A stretch of 64,000 bases of DNA from Chloroflexota bacterium (GTDB lineage: Bacteria > Chloroflexota > Dehalococcoidia > UBA2979), in the NCBI GenBank assembly GCA_002716405.1, contig PBBA01000006.1:70142-134141 (forward strand). Reading direction: 5' to 3'. Position 1 is the first letter of the stretch, and each line of letters opens with the position of its first letter. The translations under genes were made by a program, and so were the position numbers. The notes below the pieces were generated by a model. It searched no databases and was not told the origin of the DNA. It was given only the letters and a program-made list of their open reading frames with translations. Positions 20,388 through 30,918 of the stretch are shown piece after piece.

Positions 20388-21494
20388 ATGGCGAAATCTA
20401 ATAAAAAAGAAAATTCCGAAAATCGACAAGAAAGCCTTGATCGCGCCATCGAACAAATTACAAAAGATTTTGGTAAAGGTGCCGTGATGAGGCTGGGGGA
20501 TCCTGAAGCGGCAATCAGTGTTTCTGCAATACCTACTGGTGCACTATCACTTGATGTTGCACTTGGTGTCGGTGGAATTCCACGTGGACGTATTACAGAA
20601 ATATATGGCCCCGAATCAGCAGGAAAATCAACACTAGCACAGCACATACTGGCAGAATCTCAAAAAATGGGAGGTACTGCTGCATACATAGACGTAGAAC
20701 ATGCACTAGATCCAGAATATGCAGCAGCATGTGGTATCAATATTGAAGATTTGCTGATATCACAGCCAGATACCGGGGAACAAGCGTTAGAAATATGTGA
20801 GGCATTAATTCGTTCTGGAGCTATCGATTTAGTTGTAATTGATTCAGTAGCTGCACTAGTACCATGCGCAGAAATCGAAGGAGATATGGGAGATTCCTTA
20901 CCTGGACTACAAGCAAGACTTATGTCCCAGGCAATGCGAAAATTAACTACTGCTGTTGCACGCAACAACACAGCGTTGATTTTTATTAATCAGTTACGCG
21001 AAAAAATTGGTGTAATGTTTGGAAGTCCTGAAACTACACCAGGTGGACGGGCATTAAAATTTTACTCATCGGTCCGAATTGACATCAGACGTGTTGAATC
21101 ATTAAAAAATGGACAAACTTTTATAGGAAATCGCGTACGATGCAAAATCGTTAAAAACAAAATTGCACCTCCTTTTCGACAAGCAGAATTTGACATCATG
21201 TTTACAGGAGATCAACACGGAATTAATAAACAGGGTGACATTTTAGACTTGGCTGTTGACAACGAAATTATTAAAAAGATGGGATCTTTTTACTCGTATG
21301 GAGATTTACGATTAGGACAGGGTCGTATGAATGCTTCAACTTTTCTACGCGAAAATGAAGTAATCGCCAATGAAATTGAAAATAAAGTACGTTTAACAAC
21401 TGGAATATTAAATACCTCAATAGAAGAAATTCAAAAAGAAGATAATTCATTAGTAGATTCTGAAAATCAATCACTATTAATGGTTGATCAATAG
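20388..21494 (+). CDS. recA: Recombinase RecA
   Basis: 368 aa with a Walker A motif (GPESAGKST) and a canonical RecA core. Confidence 0.97.
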   Translation: MAKSNKKENSENRQESLDRAIEQITKDFGKGAVMRLGDPEAAISVSAIPTGALSLDVALGVGGIPRGRITEIYGPESAGKSTLAQHILAESQKMGGTAAYIDVEHALDPEYAAACGINIEDLLISQPDTGEQALEICEALIRSGAIDLVVIDSVAALVPCAEIEGDMGDSLPGLQARLMSQAMRKLTTAVARNNTALIFINQLREKIGVMFGSPETTPGGRALKFYSSVRIDIRRVESLKNGQTFIGNRVRCKIVKNKIAPPFRQAEFDIMFTGDQHGINKQGDILDLAVDNEIIKKMGSFYSYGDLRLGQGRMNASTFLRENEVIANEIENKVRLTTGILNTSIEEIQKEDNSLVDSENQSLLMVDQ

Positions 21495-22107
21495 TTTTAT
21501 GACAATTATTAATTCCATTGAGAAACTTCGAAACGGTAAAGTCCGAATAGTTTTTAACAGCGACAGTATTGTTGAGCTATTAATGGATTCGATCCTGGAA
21601 TATAACATTATCGAAGGGTTATCTATCACAAACAAAAAATGGGATGAAATTTGCAAAGCAAGCAGAAATAGATTAGCTATTCGAGAAGCACTGAAATTTT
21701 TAGCACAAAAAAGAAGAACAACAGGTGAATTAGAAGAATGCTTACAAAAATCCTTTTCAAATGCTGAAATATTTTATGCCCTCGAAAGAATGCGTGATCT
21801 TAAATATCTTGATGATGAGTCTTGGGCATTTGATTACCAAAAAAGTTATAAAGCACGTGGTAAAAGTAAAAAATATCTAGCAAATGAATTCAAAAAGAAA
21901 AACATACCAACAGATATACAAAAAAAGACTCTAGATATACATGATGATGAAGTAGAAGCATTATGGATAGCACACAGGAAAGTTAAAAGTTTAAACAATC
22001 TTCCAATCAACAAACAAAAGGTAAAGTTACATACCTACCTCCAGAGAAGAGGGTTTAATAATGAACTTGTAACATCTATTGCGCATCAATTAATCAATGA
22101 AAATTAA
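21484..22107 (+). CDS. recX: Regulatory protein RecX
   Basis: 207-aa helical protein that overlaps the 3' end of recA, the typical recA-recX arrangement. Sequence similarity is moderate. Confidence 0.6.
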   Translation: MINSFMTIINSIEKLRNGKVRIVFNSDSIVELLMDSILEYNIIEGLSITNKKWDEICKASRNRLAIREALKFLAQKRRTTGELEECLQKSFSNAEIFYALERMRDLKYLDDESWAFDYQKSYKARGKSKKYLANEFKKKNIPTDIQKKTLDIHDDEVEALWIAHRKVKSLNNLPINKQKVKLHTYLQRRGFNNELVTSIAHQLINEN

Positions 22108-22263
22108 TAAAATAGATATCTATAGCACATGGTTCTTAAACTAGATGCTAGAATAGCATTATTAGGATTAATAATTAATTCTAATCAATAAAAATATATT
22201 ACTAACAATAAATTGCTGGACGCGACACTAATTTGGCGCGATTTTCTCAGCTTGGAGAACAGA

Positions 22264-23793
22264 ATGGAATTACTTCCTTTAGGAATTACTTCCGTGGGTG
22301 CATTTTCCCTCGGGGTAATTCTTGTATACCTAATAATTAAAAACAGCAGTAAAGGTCTTATACAAAAATCAGAAGAAAGAGCTAAAAAACTTTTATTCAA
22401 TACAGAGCATGAAACAAGAGAGTTATTATTGCGTGCAGAAAATTCTGCGTTAGATTATCGAAAAAAAGTAGAATCAGAAATCCGAGAATTAAGACGTGAA
22501 GTTTCAAAAGCAGAAAAAAGAGTAAACCAACGTGAAGAAAATTTACAAAAACGTACCGAGAAAATCGATCGATTAGAACAGTCTGTAAATGATCGTGTGA
22601 AGAATATATCTCTAAAAGAAGAAGAGGTGGAAAATTTATCTTCAGAAATTTATAACAAACTTGAAGAAATCTCATCTCTCACCATCCAACAAGCTCGTAC
22701 ATTTCTACTAAATGAAATTGAAAAAGAACTTGAAGAAGAAATAACACGTCGCGTAAAAATTATGGAGGCATCTGTTCATTCTCAAGCTGAAAAAAAATCG
22801 CAAAAAATTCTAACCACAATAATGCAGAGGATGACAGCAGATATAACATCAGAAAATACAGTCAGTACTATTGTACTTCCTTCAGATGACTTAAAAGGAC
22901 GGATAATTGGAAGAGAAGGTAGAAATATACGTGCATTCGAAGCGGCAACTGGATGTGATTTAATCATTGATGATACACCAGCTTTAGTTACAGTGTCAGG
23001 ATTCGATCCAGTAAGGAGAGAAATAGCGACAAGATCTCTTACACGTCTTGTTAAAGATGGTCGAATACAACCTACGAGAATAGAAAGCATAGTCAACAAA
23101 GAAAAATCAGAAGTAGAAAAAGTAATTTTAGAAGCGGGAGAGCAACTAATTCATGATGCAGGTACCCCGAATATTCATCCAGAACTGATCAAAACATTAG
23201 GAAAATTGAAGTTTCGTTATTCGTATGGTCAAAATCAATTAAGGCATGTTTTAGAGACATCTTGGTTGGCCGCTGCAATTGCTTTCGAAATAGGAGCAGA
23301 TGTTGAAGTGGCAAGAATGGGGGGATTACTACACGACATTGGTAAAGCAATCGATCGAGAAATGGAAGGAACACATGCCTTAATCGGTGCAGATCTTGCA
23401 AAAAGATTTGGGGTTAGCGATGAAATAGTACATTGCATAGCAGCGCATCATGAAGAAATTAGACCTGCAAGTATTGAAGCAATGGTTGTCATCTGTGCTG
23501 ATGCGATTTCTGGTAGTCGCCCAGGAGCAAGACGTGAATCTGCAGAACAATACATCAAGCGATTAGAAGCATTAGAAACAATAGCAAATTCTTATGAAGG
23601 AGTTAATGAAACCTTCGCTATACAAGCAGGTAGAGAGGTACGAGTACTCGTAAATCCTGAGACTATTACAGACATTGAAGCGACACGCTTAGCTCGGGAT
23701 ATCTCCAACAAAATAGAGGAAACCCTTGTCTACCCTGGTGAAATAAAAGTGACGGTGATAAGAGAAACTCGTACATCGACAGTTGCCAGATGA
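22264..23793 (+). CDS. rny: Ribonuclease Y (N-terminal TM, KH and HD domains). The ORF-track start is 22213.
   Basis: TM helix, long coiled coil, KH domain (GRIIGREGRNIRAFE) and HD domain (HDIGK...). Confidence 0.92.
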   Translation: MELLPLGITSVGAFSLGVILVYLIIKNSSKGLIQKSEERAKKLLFNTEHETRELLLRAENSALDYRKKVESEIRELRREVSKAEKRVNQREENLQKRTEKIDRLEQSVNDRVKNISLKEEEVENLSSEIYNKLEEISSLTIQQARTFLLNEIEKELEEEITRRVKIMEASVHSQAEKKSQKILTTIMQRMTADITSENTVSTIVLPSDDLKGRIIGREGRNIRAFEAATGCDLIIDDTPALVTVSGFDPVRREIATRSLTRLVKDGRIQPTRIESIVNKEKSEVEKVILEAGEQLIHDAGTPNIHPELIKTLGKLKFRYSYGQNQLRHVLETSWLAAAIAFEIGADVEVARMGGLLHDIGKAIDREMEGTHALIGADLAKRFGVSDEIVHCIAAHHEEIRPASIEAMVVICADAISGSRPGARRESAEQYIKRLEALETIANSYEGVNETFAIQAGREVRVLVNPETITDIEATRLARDISNKIEETLVYPGEIKVTVIRETRTSTVAR

Positions 23794-23820
23794 ATAACAT
23801 TCAATTAGAAATAGAATGTT

Positions 23821-24336
23821 ATGATCAAAATATTTCAAAAACAATGTAACTCTGAATGGCATCTATCAAGTCAGCTGTCATGTGGACGCTGCGAAAGAAC
23901 AATCTGTCCTGATTGTTTGATTCATACACCAGGTGGAACAAGATGTAGAACATGTGCAGAAATGAGAAAGGCACCGGCATACGAACTAAAATTATTTCAC
24001 TATGTCGTAGCAATTACTTCAAGTACATCCATGGCACCAATCATGGGTTATGCCATGTTTCTTTTCGTCCCAGTATTAGGATTCAATTTCATCAGTATGA
24101 TCATCGCATTTATTCTTGGTCTAACAATAGGTACTTTACACGCAACAATAATTAGCAAGGTCACAAGAGGGAAAAAAGGGAAATCGCTACAATTAATTAC
24201 CGTAGCTTCCATATTATGCACTATATTCATCAGATATCTGTTAGTAGATTTTGATCAAAGAATAATCGAAAGTGACATTATATCTCCATTAGCATGCTTT
24301 ATCGGCTGTATCTACGCTTGGCAACGTCTAGATTAA
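23821..24336 (+). CDS. Hypothetical membrane protein with an N-terminal Cys-rich zinc ribbon (CGRC...CPDC...CRTC) and 3-4 TM helices
   Basis: Sequence features only; no family recognised. Confidence 0.4.
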   Translation: MIKIFQKQCNSEWHLSSQLSCGRCERTICPDCLIHTPGGTRCRTCAEMRKAPAYELKLFHYVVAITSSTSMAPIMGYAMFLFVPVLGFNFISMIIAFILGLTIGTLHATIISKVTRGKKGKSLQLITVASILCTIFIRYLLVDFDQRIIESDIISPLACFIGCIYAWQRLD

Positions 24337-24586
24337 GATCGCTCAACCACTACAAGAAAAGCTAACAAAACAAAACAAACCGAAGAAACAAAGAAAACCC
24401 TTTTGAGCTCTTGCATTAAATAGGGTGATTGTCTTTCAACATATCGAGCAGGGCGACTAGACTTTGATTTTTCTTTCATGCGACCTCTTGAATATTTCTT
24501 ATACATAAATACTAATCAACATTGAAAATATATTCCATTAAGATTGACCGCGAGGGATAAAAGTGTTTAACTTCGTTACTAGCAGT

Positions 24587-24663
24587 GGCCCCGTAGTGTA
24601 GCGGTCTAACACGCAACCCTGTCACGGTTGAGATCGGCGGTTCGAATCCGCTCGGGGTCGCCA
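24587..24663 (+). tRNA. tRNA-Asp (anticodon GUC), with encoded CCA
   Basis: Cloverleaf folded by hand: acceptor GGCCCCG/CGGGGTC, D-stem GTGT/ACAC, anticodon stem CAACC/GGTTG with loop CTGTCAC (GTC at positions 34-36), T-arm GGCGG-TTCGAAT-CCGCT, discriminator G, CCA. A TTGACC -35-like hexamer lies ~40 bp upstream. Confidence 0.9.
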
Positions 24664-24741
24664 CTTTCTATTCTGTTTTTCTCTTAATATCGTAAATTAT
24701 TGCTGCTTGATATAATTTAAGCGGAGGCGATACATCGACAC

Positions 24742-25581
24742 ATGAATAATCTTTTTTCAAAAAAGTTAATTACGATACTAAGCATCTTAATTTTATTTAC
24801 ATTTGTTAAAATATCTCTTCGTAGCCAAATACTTCAAAGTTCAGATCCAATACCTATTCCAACACCTAGTACAATAATCACAAATACATCCTCAGTCGCT
24901 GTTCTGCCAAAACCTACTTCGACTCAAACTCCGATCCCGCTTCCTACAGTAAGTTCAATCCCTAAACGTGTCACTTCAGCTTGTGTTTATGCATTGGTTA
25001 ATGATGAAACAAAAAAATTATTGCTCAGAGCTGACAAAGAAATGGCTTTACCTGATGGCTATGAACCTGAAGTAGTTAAATTGCCTCTAGAATACATACT
25101 CCAGGGATGGACAGAACAATATTTGATACCTGAAGTAGCAAATGCAGCTATGGATTTAATAGATGCAGCAAAAAAGGAGGGGCACGATATAGTAATCCGA
25201 TCATCATATCGATCTTACCAAGAACAAGAATGGACATTTGCTTATTGGGTAAAAGAGCTCGGTTTAGAACAAGCGAAACGGGAAAGTGCAGTGCCGGGTC
25301 ACAGCGAACATCAATTAGGACAGGCAATTGATCTAACGAGCGAATCCGTGAACTGGGAATTAAAGGAAGAATTTGGTAGCACGCCAGAAGGTATTTGGAT
25401 CGATCAAAATTTACATAAATTCGGTTTTGCATTAAGTTACCCTCGTGATAAAGAAGAAATAACAGGATATATTTATGAACCATGGCATTTACGCTATGTG
25501 GGAAGAGCATGTAGTAAAGAATGGTATGAAAGTGGAAAAACATTAATTGAAGTCTTAAAAGGTATCCATTTAGATTATTAA
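24742..25581 (+). CDS. D-alanyl-D-alanine carboxypeptidase (peptidase M15B, VanY-like), with an N-terminal TM/signal and a Pro/Thr-rich linker
   Basis: SYRSYQEQE...GHSEHQLGQAIDL...EPWHLRY motifs of the VanY/M15 family. Confidence 0.8.
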   Translation: MNNLFSKKLITILSILILFTFVKISLRSQILQSSDPIPIPTPSTIITNTSSVAVLPKPTSTQTPIPLPTVSSIPKRVTSACVYALVNDETKKLLLRADKEMALPDGYEPEVVKLPLEYILQGWTEQYLIPEVANAAMDLIDAAKKEGHDIVIRSSYRSYQEQEWTFAYWVKELGLEQAKRESAVPGHSEHQLGQAIDLTSESVNWELKEEFGSTPEGIWIDQNLHKFGFALSYPRDKEEITGYIYEPWHLRYVGRACSKEWYESGKTLIEVLKGIHLDY

Positions 25582-25606
25582 CAATACAAGTAAAAACGAG
25601 GTAACT

Positions 25607-26416
25607 ATGAGTGATCTTGAAATTGAAATAACTGACGGCGTAATGATTGCAACATTTAACAGACCAGAGAAATTAAACGCACTTAATAACAATATTAGGG
25701 TGGGATTAAGAAATGCACTTGCAGAAGCATCCCAAAATGATGAGATTAAAGTATTGGTACTAACAGGAACTGGTAGAGCATTTTGTGCAGGTGCAGAAGT
25801 AACTCGTGAGAAATCTCCAACAAGCAATGGAGTGACTACTGGCGAACTAAATTCTAGATATGATCGAATGAATATAAGAGCAGGTTCTTCGGAAACTGTT
25901 CAAGCTTTTGCTGCATGTGATGTGCCAATAATTGGTGCAATCAATGGTGTAACTGCAGGTGCTGGATTTGGTATTTCACTATGCTGTGATATTCGTTTTT
26001 TCAGCGAACAAACGCGAATTGGCTCCATATTTAGCAAAAGAGGGCTCGCCTCAGACTATGGAGCTGCTTACTGGTTACCACGATTGGTAGGTCCAGCCAA
26101 GGCGTTTGAAATGCTATACAGTGGAGAACTAATTAGCGCTGAAGAAGCTCTACAGATTGGACTTACGAATAAAATTTTTCCTTCTGAATCTCTGTTGTCG
26201 GAAACCTTAAGTTTTGCAAAAAATCTGGCTACAGGTGCACCCATGGCACTCACTGCCATTCGAAGACTCGTATTAGAATCAACTGATACTGTTGAGAGAA
26301 ATCTCTTTCTGGACAGAGAATGGTCTATCCAGGCTCAACTATTGAAATCTAATGACTCAAAAGAAGGTTTTCAAAGCTTCCTCGACAATCGCCCTCCTGA
26401 GTTTACAGGCACATAA
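25607..26416 (+). CDS. Enoyl-CoA hydratase/isomerase (crotonase family)
   Basis: 269 aa with the crotonase fold motifs (VLTGTGRAFCAGAEV, GAINGVTAGAGFGISLCCD). Confidence 0.88.
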   Translation: MSDLEIEITDGVMIATFNRPEKLNALNNNIRVGLRNALAEASQNDEIKVLVLTGTGRAFCAGAEVTREKSPTSNGVTTGELNSRYDRMNIRAGSSETVQAFAACDVPIIGAINGVTAGAGFGISLCCDIRFFSEQTRIGSIFSKRGLASDYGAAYWLPRLVGPAKAFEMLYSGELISAEEALQIGLTNKIFPSESLLSETLSFAKNLATGAPMALTAIRRLVLESTDTVERNLFLDREWSIQAQLLKSNDSKEGFQSFLDNRPPEFTGT

Positions 26417-26417
26417 T

Positions 26418-28769
26418 TTAGACCGAAGGAGAATCGACAATTATCCCCAGTTCAAACAGCTCGGTAATATCTAAAGAAGAGTATCCAAGAATTTCACCCA
26501 AAATTTGACCATAATGCTCTCCAAGACCAGGTGAGCGTACCCAAGAATCATAACCACGTTCATTATAAAATTTTACCGGTGAACCATCGTAGGATTGTTC
26601 ACCGGCATCCAGCTCTTCTACACTAAAAAAATAACCACGTTCTAATAAATGTTCATCATTTAACCATTCAGGAGAGGAATTAACAACCCCAGCGGGGATA
26701 GATATTTTTTGTAATTGCTTCATTAATTCAACTTTGTCCAGATCTTTTGTCCAATTATCTATCAATTCATCCAACAGTATTTTATTAATTTTTCTATTGG
26801 TAATGGAATTAAACTTATCTTCATTTTCCCAGTTTTTTTCTACCAAAGTACATAATCGATACCATTCACTATCCGAGCGAATTGAAATTGCAATCCATTC
26901 ATCATCGCCTAAGCAACGATATACTCCATTAGGAGCAAAATCGTTATGTAGATTAGGTGCTATTTGAGGTTCACTTTGATTTAATTGTGATGCAAGAAAA
27001 TATTCACCAAAATATCCTACCCCACATTCATGTTGAGAAAGCTCTACAAAACTTCCTTCATTTGTTCGGTTACGTCGTTCTAGGGCAGTCATTACAGCAG
27101 CGGTTGCTGCTGTCCCAGACATAGCATCGGTCAAAGCTTGTACAGACATTCGAGGTTCCTCTGAACTATAACCCAAAAGAGCACAAACACCTGTTAAGGG
27201 TTCGATACTGGGACCCAAACCAATATATTCACGATAGGGACCACTTAACCCAAATGCTGGCATAGCCACATAAATAATTTGTGAATTACGTTTCTTTAAC
27301 TCAAAGTAATCAAGGCCAAGTGAGGGCATTGCACGGGCACTAAAATTTTCGATAACAACATCGCTTTTTTCAACTAGTTCAAGAAATACTTCACGTCCAC
27401 GATTTGCTTTAAGGTTTATAGCTAAACTTTTTTTATTTCGATTAAGTTTATTATTGAGCCCTTGACGATTCCAAGGAGTAACACCAGGATCGTTATCGGG
27501 ATAGTAACCAGATTTATCAGCAGAACTAGTTACTTTTCTTGGACCTCGACCATCTTGAGCTTCAATTTTTATAATTTCTGCCCCCATATCACCAAGTATT
27601 CGTGTTGCCAAAGGACCTGACCATATCCGAGTGAGATCAAGTACACGTAATCCTTTTAGTGGTTGCACATTAGTGTATCGGGGATTTTTAAATTCGTTCT
27701 TTTTAGTTTCCCACTTAATATCTTCGGGTAGATATGTTTGAGGTGGATTTTCTTCAGGAACTTCTTCACCAGCAAATTTGAATGGTGACCCTGCCGTCTG
27801 TACTTCAGTATTTCCATAATTAATTGTTTTCCAAAAGTTACGAAATCTAAGGTGTTCATCACCTAAAACCTCTCCTAAACTTTGTTGAATACCTATAGGT
27901 ACTCTCCATGTTTCCTGACCAGTTTTAAATAAAGTTGCCCGATCTAGATCTGAAAATGCATCCTCGATAATAGAGGTTATTTCATCAACCCTTTTCATTC
28001 TTTCTGAATTTTCCGCATACTCGATATCATGTGCTTTTTCTCCCATTCCTAACATAAACGCGAATGGTTCCCAGAACCGTGGAAGTATATTGACTCCTAC
28101 CCACCCATCAGCGCACCTAACCATTGTGGTAGGGCAAAGATTTTGCCATTGATTGCCATGACGACTTCTAATATCTTTATGTTGTGACCACATAACATCG
28201 GTAAATTGATGCAATCCAACTACCGTTTCAAATATAGAAATTTCAATAGTTTCTTTTTCAGAAATCACAACACCTGATAAATACTGAGCAATTGCAGCAA
28301 TATATGCAAAAGTTCCAGCTTGATAGTATGGATACCGACCAGGCAAAGTTAATGGAGTTCGTCCAATATCACCTGACAAAAAAGTATAACCACCTTGAGC
28401 AAGTATTGTTGTTTCTGTAGCTTCGTAGTCACGATAAGGCCCTGAAAGACCGAATGGAGTGATTGAGACTTTTACCGAATTATTACTAGCACATTCAAAT
28501 ATTCTATACTCATCTAAAATTTTGGGAGACAAGTCAGTAAGTACAATGTCCGCTTCACTTAGTATTGAAGAAAACAAGTCACGCTGTGAATCATCAAAAT
28601 AATTAATTTTTATATGACGTTTACCTGCATTCAAATATAAATTATCCGCCTCTGCGACTTGTTGCCGGTAAGGAGTTTCTACCTTTATGACTTCTGCGCC
28701 CCAGCGCGCGAAAAGTTTTCCTGCATAAGCAGCTGCATTTTCACTATCGCTTATTTCAACAACACGCAT
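26418..28769 (-). CDS. Tandem double-domain CoA-transferase family III (CaiB/BaiF) fusion protein, 783 aa
   Basis: The N-terminal half (~1-365) is a divergent CaiB-like domain (AAYAGKLFARWGAEVIKVETP). The C-terminal half (~370-783) is canonical (LKGLRVLDLTRIWSGPLATRILGDMGAEIIKIE). Confidence 0.8.
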   Translation of the reverse strand: MRVVEISDSENAAAYAGKLFARWGAEVIKVETPYRQQVAEADNLYLNAGKRHIKINYFDDSQRDLFSSILSEADIVLTDLSPKILDEYRIFECASNNSVKVSITPFGLSGPYRDYEATETTILAQGGYTFLSGDIGRTPLTLPGRYPYYQAGTFAYIAAIAQYLSGVVISEKETIEISIFETVVGLHQFTDVMWSQHKDIRSRHGNQWQNLCPTTMVRCADGWVGVNILPRFWEPFAFMLGMGEKAHDIEYAENSERMKRVDEITSIIEDAFSDLDRATLFKTGQETWRVPIGIQQSLGEVLGDEHLRFRNFWKTINYGNTEVQTAGSPFKFAGEEVPEENPPQTYLPEDIKWETKKNEFKNPRYTNVQPLKGLRVLDLTRIWSGPLATRILGDMGAEIIKIEAQDGRGPRKVTSSADKSGYYPDNDPGVTPWNRQGLNNKLNRNKKSLAINLKANRGREVFLELVEKSDVVIENFSARAMPSLGLDYFELKKRNSQIIYVAMPAFGLSGPYREYIGLGPSIEPLTGVCALLGYSSEEPRMSVQALTDAMSGTAATAAVMTALERRNRTNEGSFVELSQHECGVGYFGEYFLASQLNQSEPQIAPNLHNDFAPNGVYRCLGDDEWIAISIRSDSEWYRLCTLVEKNWENEDKFNSITNRKINKILLDELIDNWTKDLDKVELMKQLQKISIPAGVVNSSPEWLNDEHLLERGYFFSVEELDAGEQSYDGSPVKFYNERGYDSWVRSPGLGEHYGQILGEILGYSSLDITELFELGIIVDSPSV

Positions 28770-28881
28770 AATCTTCCTATCAATAAAATAAAAAAAACTA
28801 TCTCTTCAGCACGTAATCATAGATGATAACGAACAAGAATGCTCAAATCAGTTATATAACAAATTTGTGTTTTGGAGGCCT

Positions 28882-29532
28882 ATGCCGTTTATTGAACTAC
28901 ATGTACATACGAAAGCAGGCTCTGCAGACTCAAGCATCTCGGTCGATGCATTGGGAAAGCACGCATCAGAACAAGGTACTGGCGCGATATTGGTAGCAGA
29001 ACATTGGCGTGTATGGACCGATTGGGAACAGTCAGGATTTGAAGCGCAATGGGGAGTGAAACTTTTTGCTGCATTAGAGCAAACAACTGATGAGGGCCAT
29101 TTCATAGTTATCGGTCCCAAACCTGGTGAAACTTTACCATCGAATGCATCAAAACTTTTGGAATACACAAAGAATAACCAATACTTTGTAATCTGGGCCC
29201 ATCCCTTCAGGCATTTTTTTGATGCAGTAGGAGCATCACGCCCTCCATTTGCTATGGATGCAAGTTTCGAGGAACTCGCAGCACATCCTACATTTTCACT
29301 TGTTGACGCAATTGAGATTGAAAATGCAGGATGCACAGAACGTGAAAATTCTCTAGCTTTGGAGGTCAGTCAGCTATTAACTAAACCTGTTACTGTTGGT
29401 AGTGATGCGCATGATGTCGAACATATTGGCGCAAGAAGACTACCCATCCCAGAAATCCCTCAGGATAAAGCTGAATTATTAGAATTAATTCAATCTTTAA
29501 GTCTTGAAAAAATTCCTAATTTAGGTCAATAA
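28882..29532 (+). CDS. PHP-domain metal-dependent phosphoesterase. The ORF-track start is GTG 28867; ATG 28882 has a GGAGG Shine-Dalgarno.
   Basis: MPFIELHVHTKAGSADS... HxH motif and later His/Asp ligands typical of the PHP family. Confidence 0.75.
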   Translation: MPFIELHVHTKAGSADSSISVDALGKHASEQGTGAILVAEHWRVWTDWEQSGFEAQWGVKLFAALEQTTDEGHFIVIGPKPGETLPSNASKLLEYTKNNQYFVIWAHPFRHFFDAVGASRPPFAMDASFEELAAHPTFSLVDAIEIENAGCTERENSLALEVSQLLTKPVTVGSDAHDVEHIGARRLPIPEIPQDKAELLELIQSLSLEKIPNLGQ

Positions 29533-29535
29533 AAA

Positions 29536-30840
29536 CTACAAATAACGAAGTTTCTTTGCCTCTGCTGTTAACTGATCTCTAAATTTAGGATGCGCAAGGC
29601 GAATAAGTGCTTCAGCTCTTGCAGCGGTTGTTTTCCCTTTTAGATTTTCTGCTCCAAATTCAGACACAACCCAATGAACATCATTACGTGGGGTGGTCAC
29701 AACTGCACCTGGTGTAAGAGTTGGCACTACACGAGACACGGTCCCACTTTTTGCAGTGGAATAAAATGCAATTATTGATTTACCGCCTTTAGAATCAAAT
29801 GCCCCTCTTGCATAATCATGTTGCCCCCCTGTACCACTAAATTGCTGAATACCTATTGATTCAGAGCAACATTGTCCAGTGAGATCTACTTCAATGGTTG
29901 AATTAACTGAAATCTGATTATCATTTTTTGCAATGTTTGGTGGATAGTTCGTATAAGAGACTGGGTGAGCTTCAATATATGGATTATCATCTAAAAATTC
30001 ATACATTCGTTGAGAGCCTGCTGCAAATGCATATAATGCCTTGCCTGCATGGAATGTCTTCTGAGTCCCATTCGCTACGCCTGATTCAACCAGGTCAACC
30101 ATTGAGTCTACAAACATTTCTGTATGAATGCCTAAATTCTGATGTCCCATTAAACTTTTTGCAACTGCATTAGGTACACCACCAATACCTAATTGAATGC
30201 ATGCGCCGTTTGGTATCATTCCAGCGATAATTTCACCCATCGCACTATCTTCTTCTTTTTCAGGTGGTGTGGGTAATACTGTCAGAGGAACATTATTTTG
30301 TATGACAGCATCCACTTCAGAGATATGAACCCATGAATCTCCATGTACACGAGGCATATTTTCATTAACTTCAGCAATTACCACATCAGCTTTCGCAATA
30401 GCTGCCTTATTAACATCAACACTGGTACCTAAACTCATATATCCATGTCGATCGATTCGCGATACGCACACAATTGCAACATTTACATCCATAAACTCTG
30501 TTATCAATCTTGGGATTTGATGAAAAAATGCTGGACTAAATGACGCAATTCCTTCAGCAATAAGATTTCGATCTGCTCCTGTTGCAAACAATGATTCCCA
30601 ATGAATAATATCCGTAACATCATCTGAAAAAATAGTACGTGCACTTGCGGCCATTGGAAGTAATGCTGTCATACGAAGATCTGTAAAACCACCATTGCGA
30701 GCACGATCAGCAATAGCTTCAAGTAGTCCTGGTGGTTCACCCGTAGCCATTCCTTGAACAATAAATGAATGATCAGGGATCAAACTGGCTGCATCAGTGG
30801 CTGAACAAAGTTTACTTTGAAATAATTGTTCGTAATTCAT
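29536..30840 (-). CDS. Acetyl-CoA hydrolase/transferase family protein (4-hydroxybutyrate/succinyl-CoA:acetate CoA-transferase-like)
   Basis: 434 aa with N- and C-terminal AcetylCoA_hydro domains (…ISVNSTIEVDLTGQCCSESIG…). Confidence 0.8.
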   Translation of the reverse strand: MNYEQLFQSKLCSATDAASLIPDHSFIVQGMATGEPPGLLEAIADRARNGGFTDLRMTALLPMAASARTIFSDDVTDIIHWESLFATGADRNLIAEGIASFSPAFFHQIPRLITEFMDVNVAIVCVSRIDRHGYMSLGTSVDVNKAAIAKADVVIAEVNENMPRVHGDSWVHISEVDAVIQNNVPLTVLPTPPEKEEDSAMGEIIAGMIPNGACIQLGIGGVPNAVAKSLMGHQNLGIHTEMFVDSMVDLVESGVANGTQKTFHAGKALYAFAAGSQRMYEFLDDNPYIEAHPVSYTNYPPNIAKNDNQISVNSTIEVDLTGQCCSESIGIQQFSGTGGQHDYARGAFDSKGGKSIIAFYSTAKSGTVSRVVPTLTPGAVVTTPRNDVHWVVSEFGAENLKGKTTAARAEALIRLAHPKFRDQLTAEAKKLRYL

Positions 30841-30918
30841 GCTCTCTCCTTTTATCTTAGCTAATGTAAGAATACTCTTTAGAGCAACTTTTTTTGATTA
30901 TAATATAAGGAAAAATTT

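Noticed and set aside
24337-24741. Integrated element or integrase adjacent to tRNA-Asp (tRNA genes are common integration hot-spots)
   Set aside because: There is no integrase, no direct repeat of the tRNA 3' end and no compositional shift. The flanking genes (rny, a VanY-like peptidase) are ordinary chromosomal genes.
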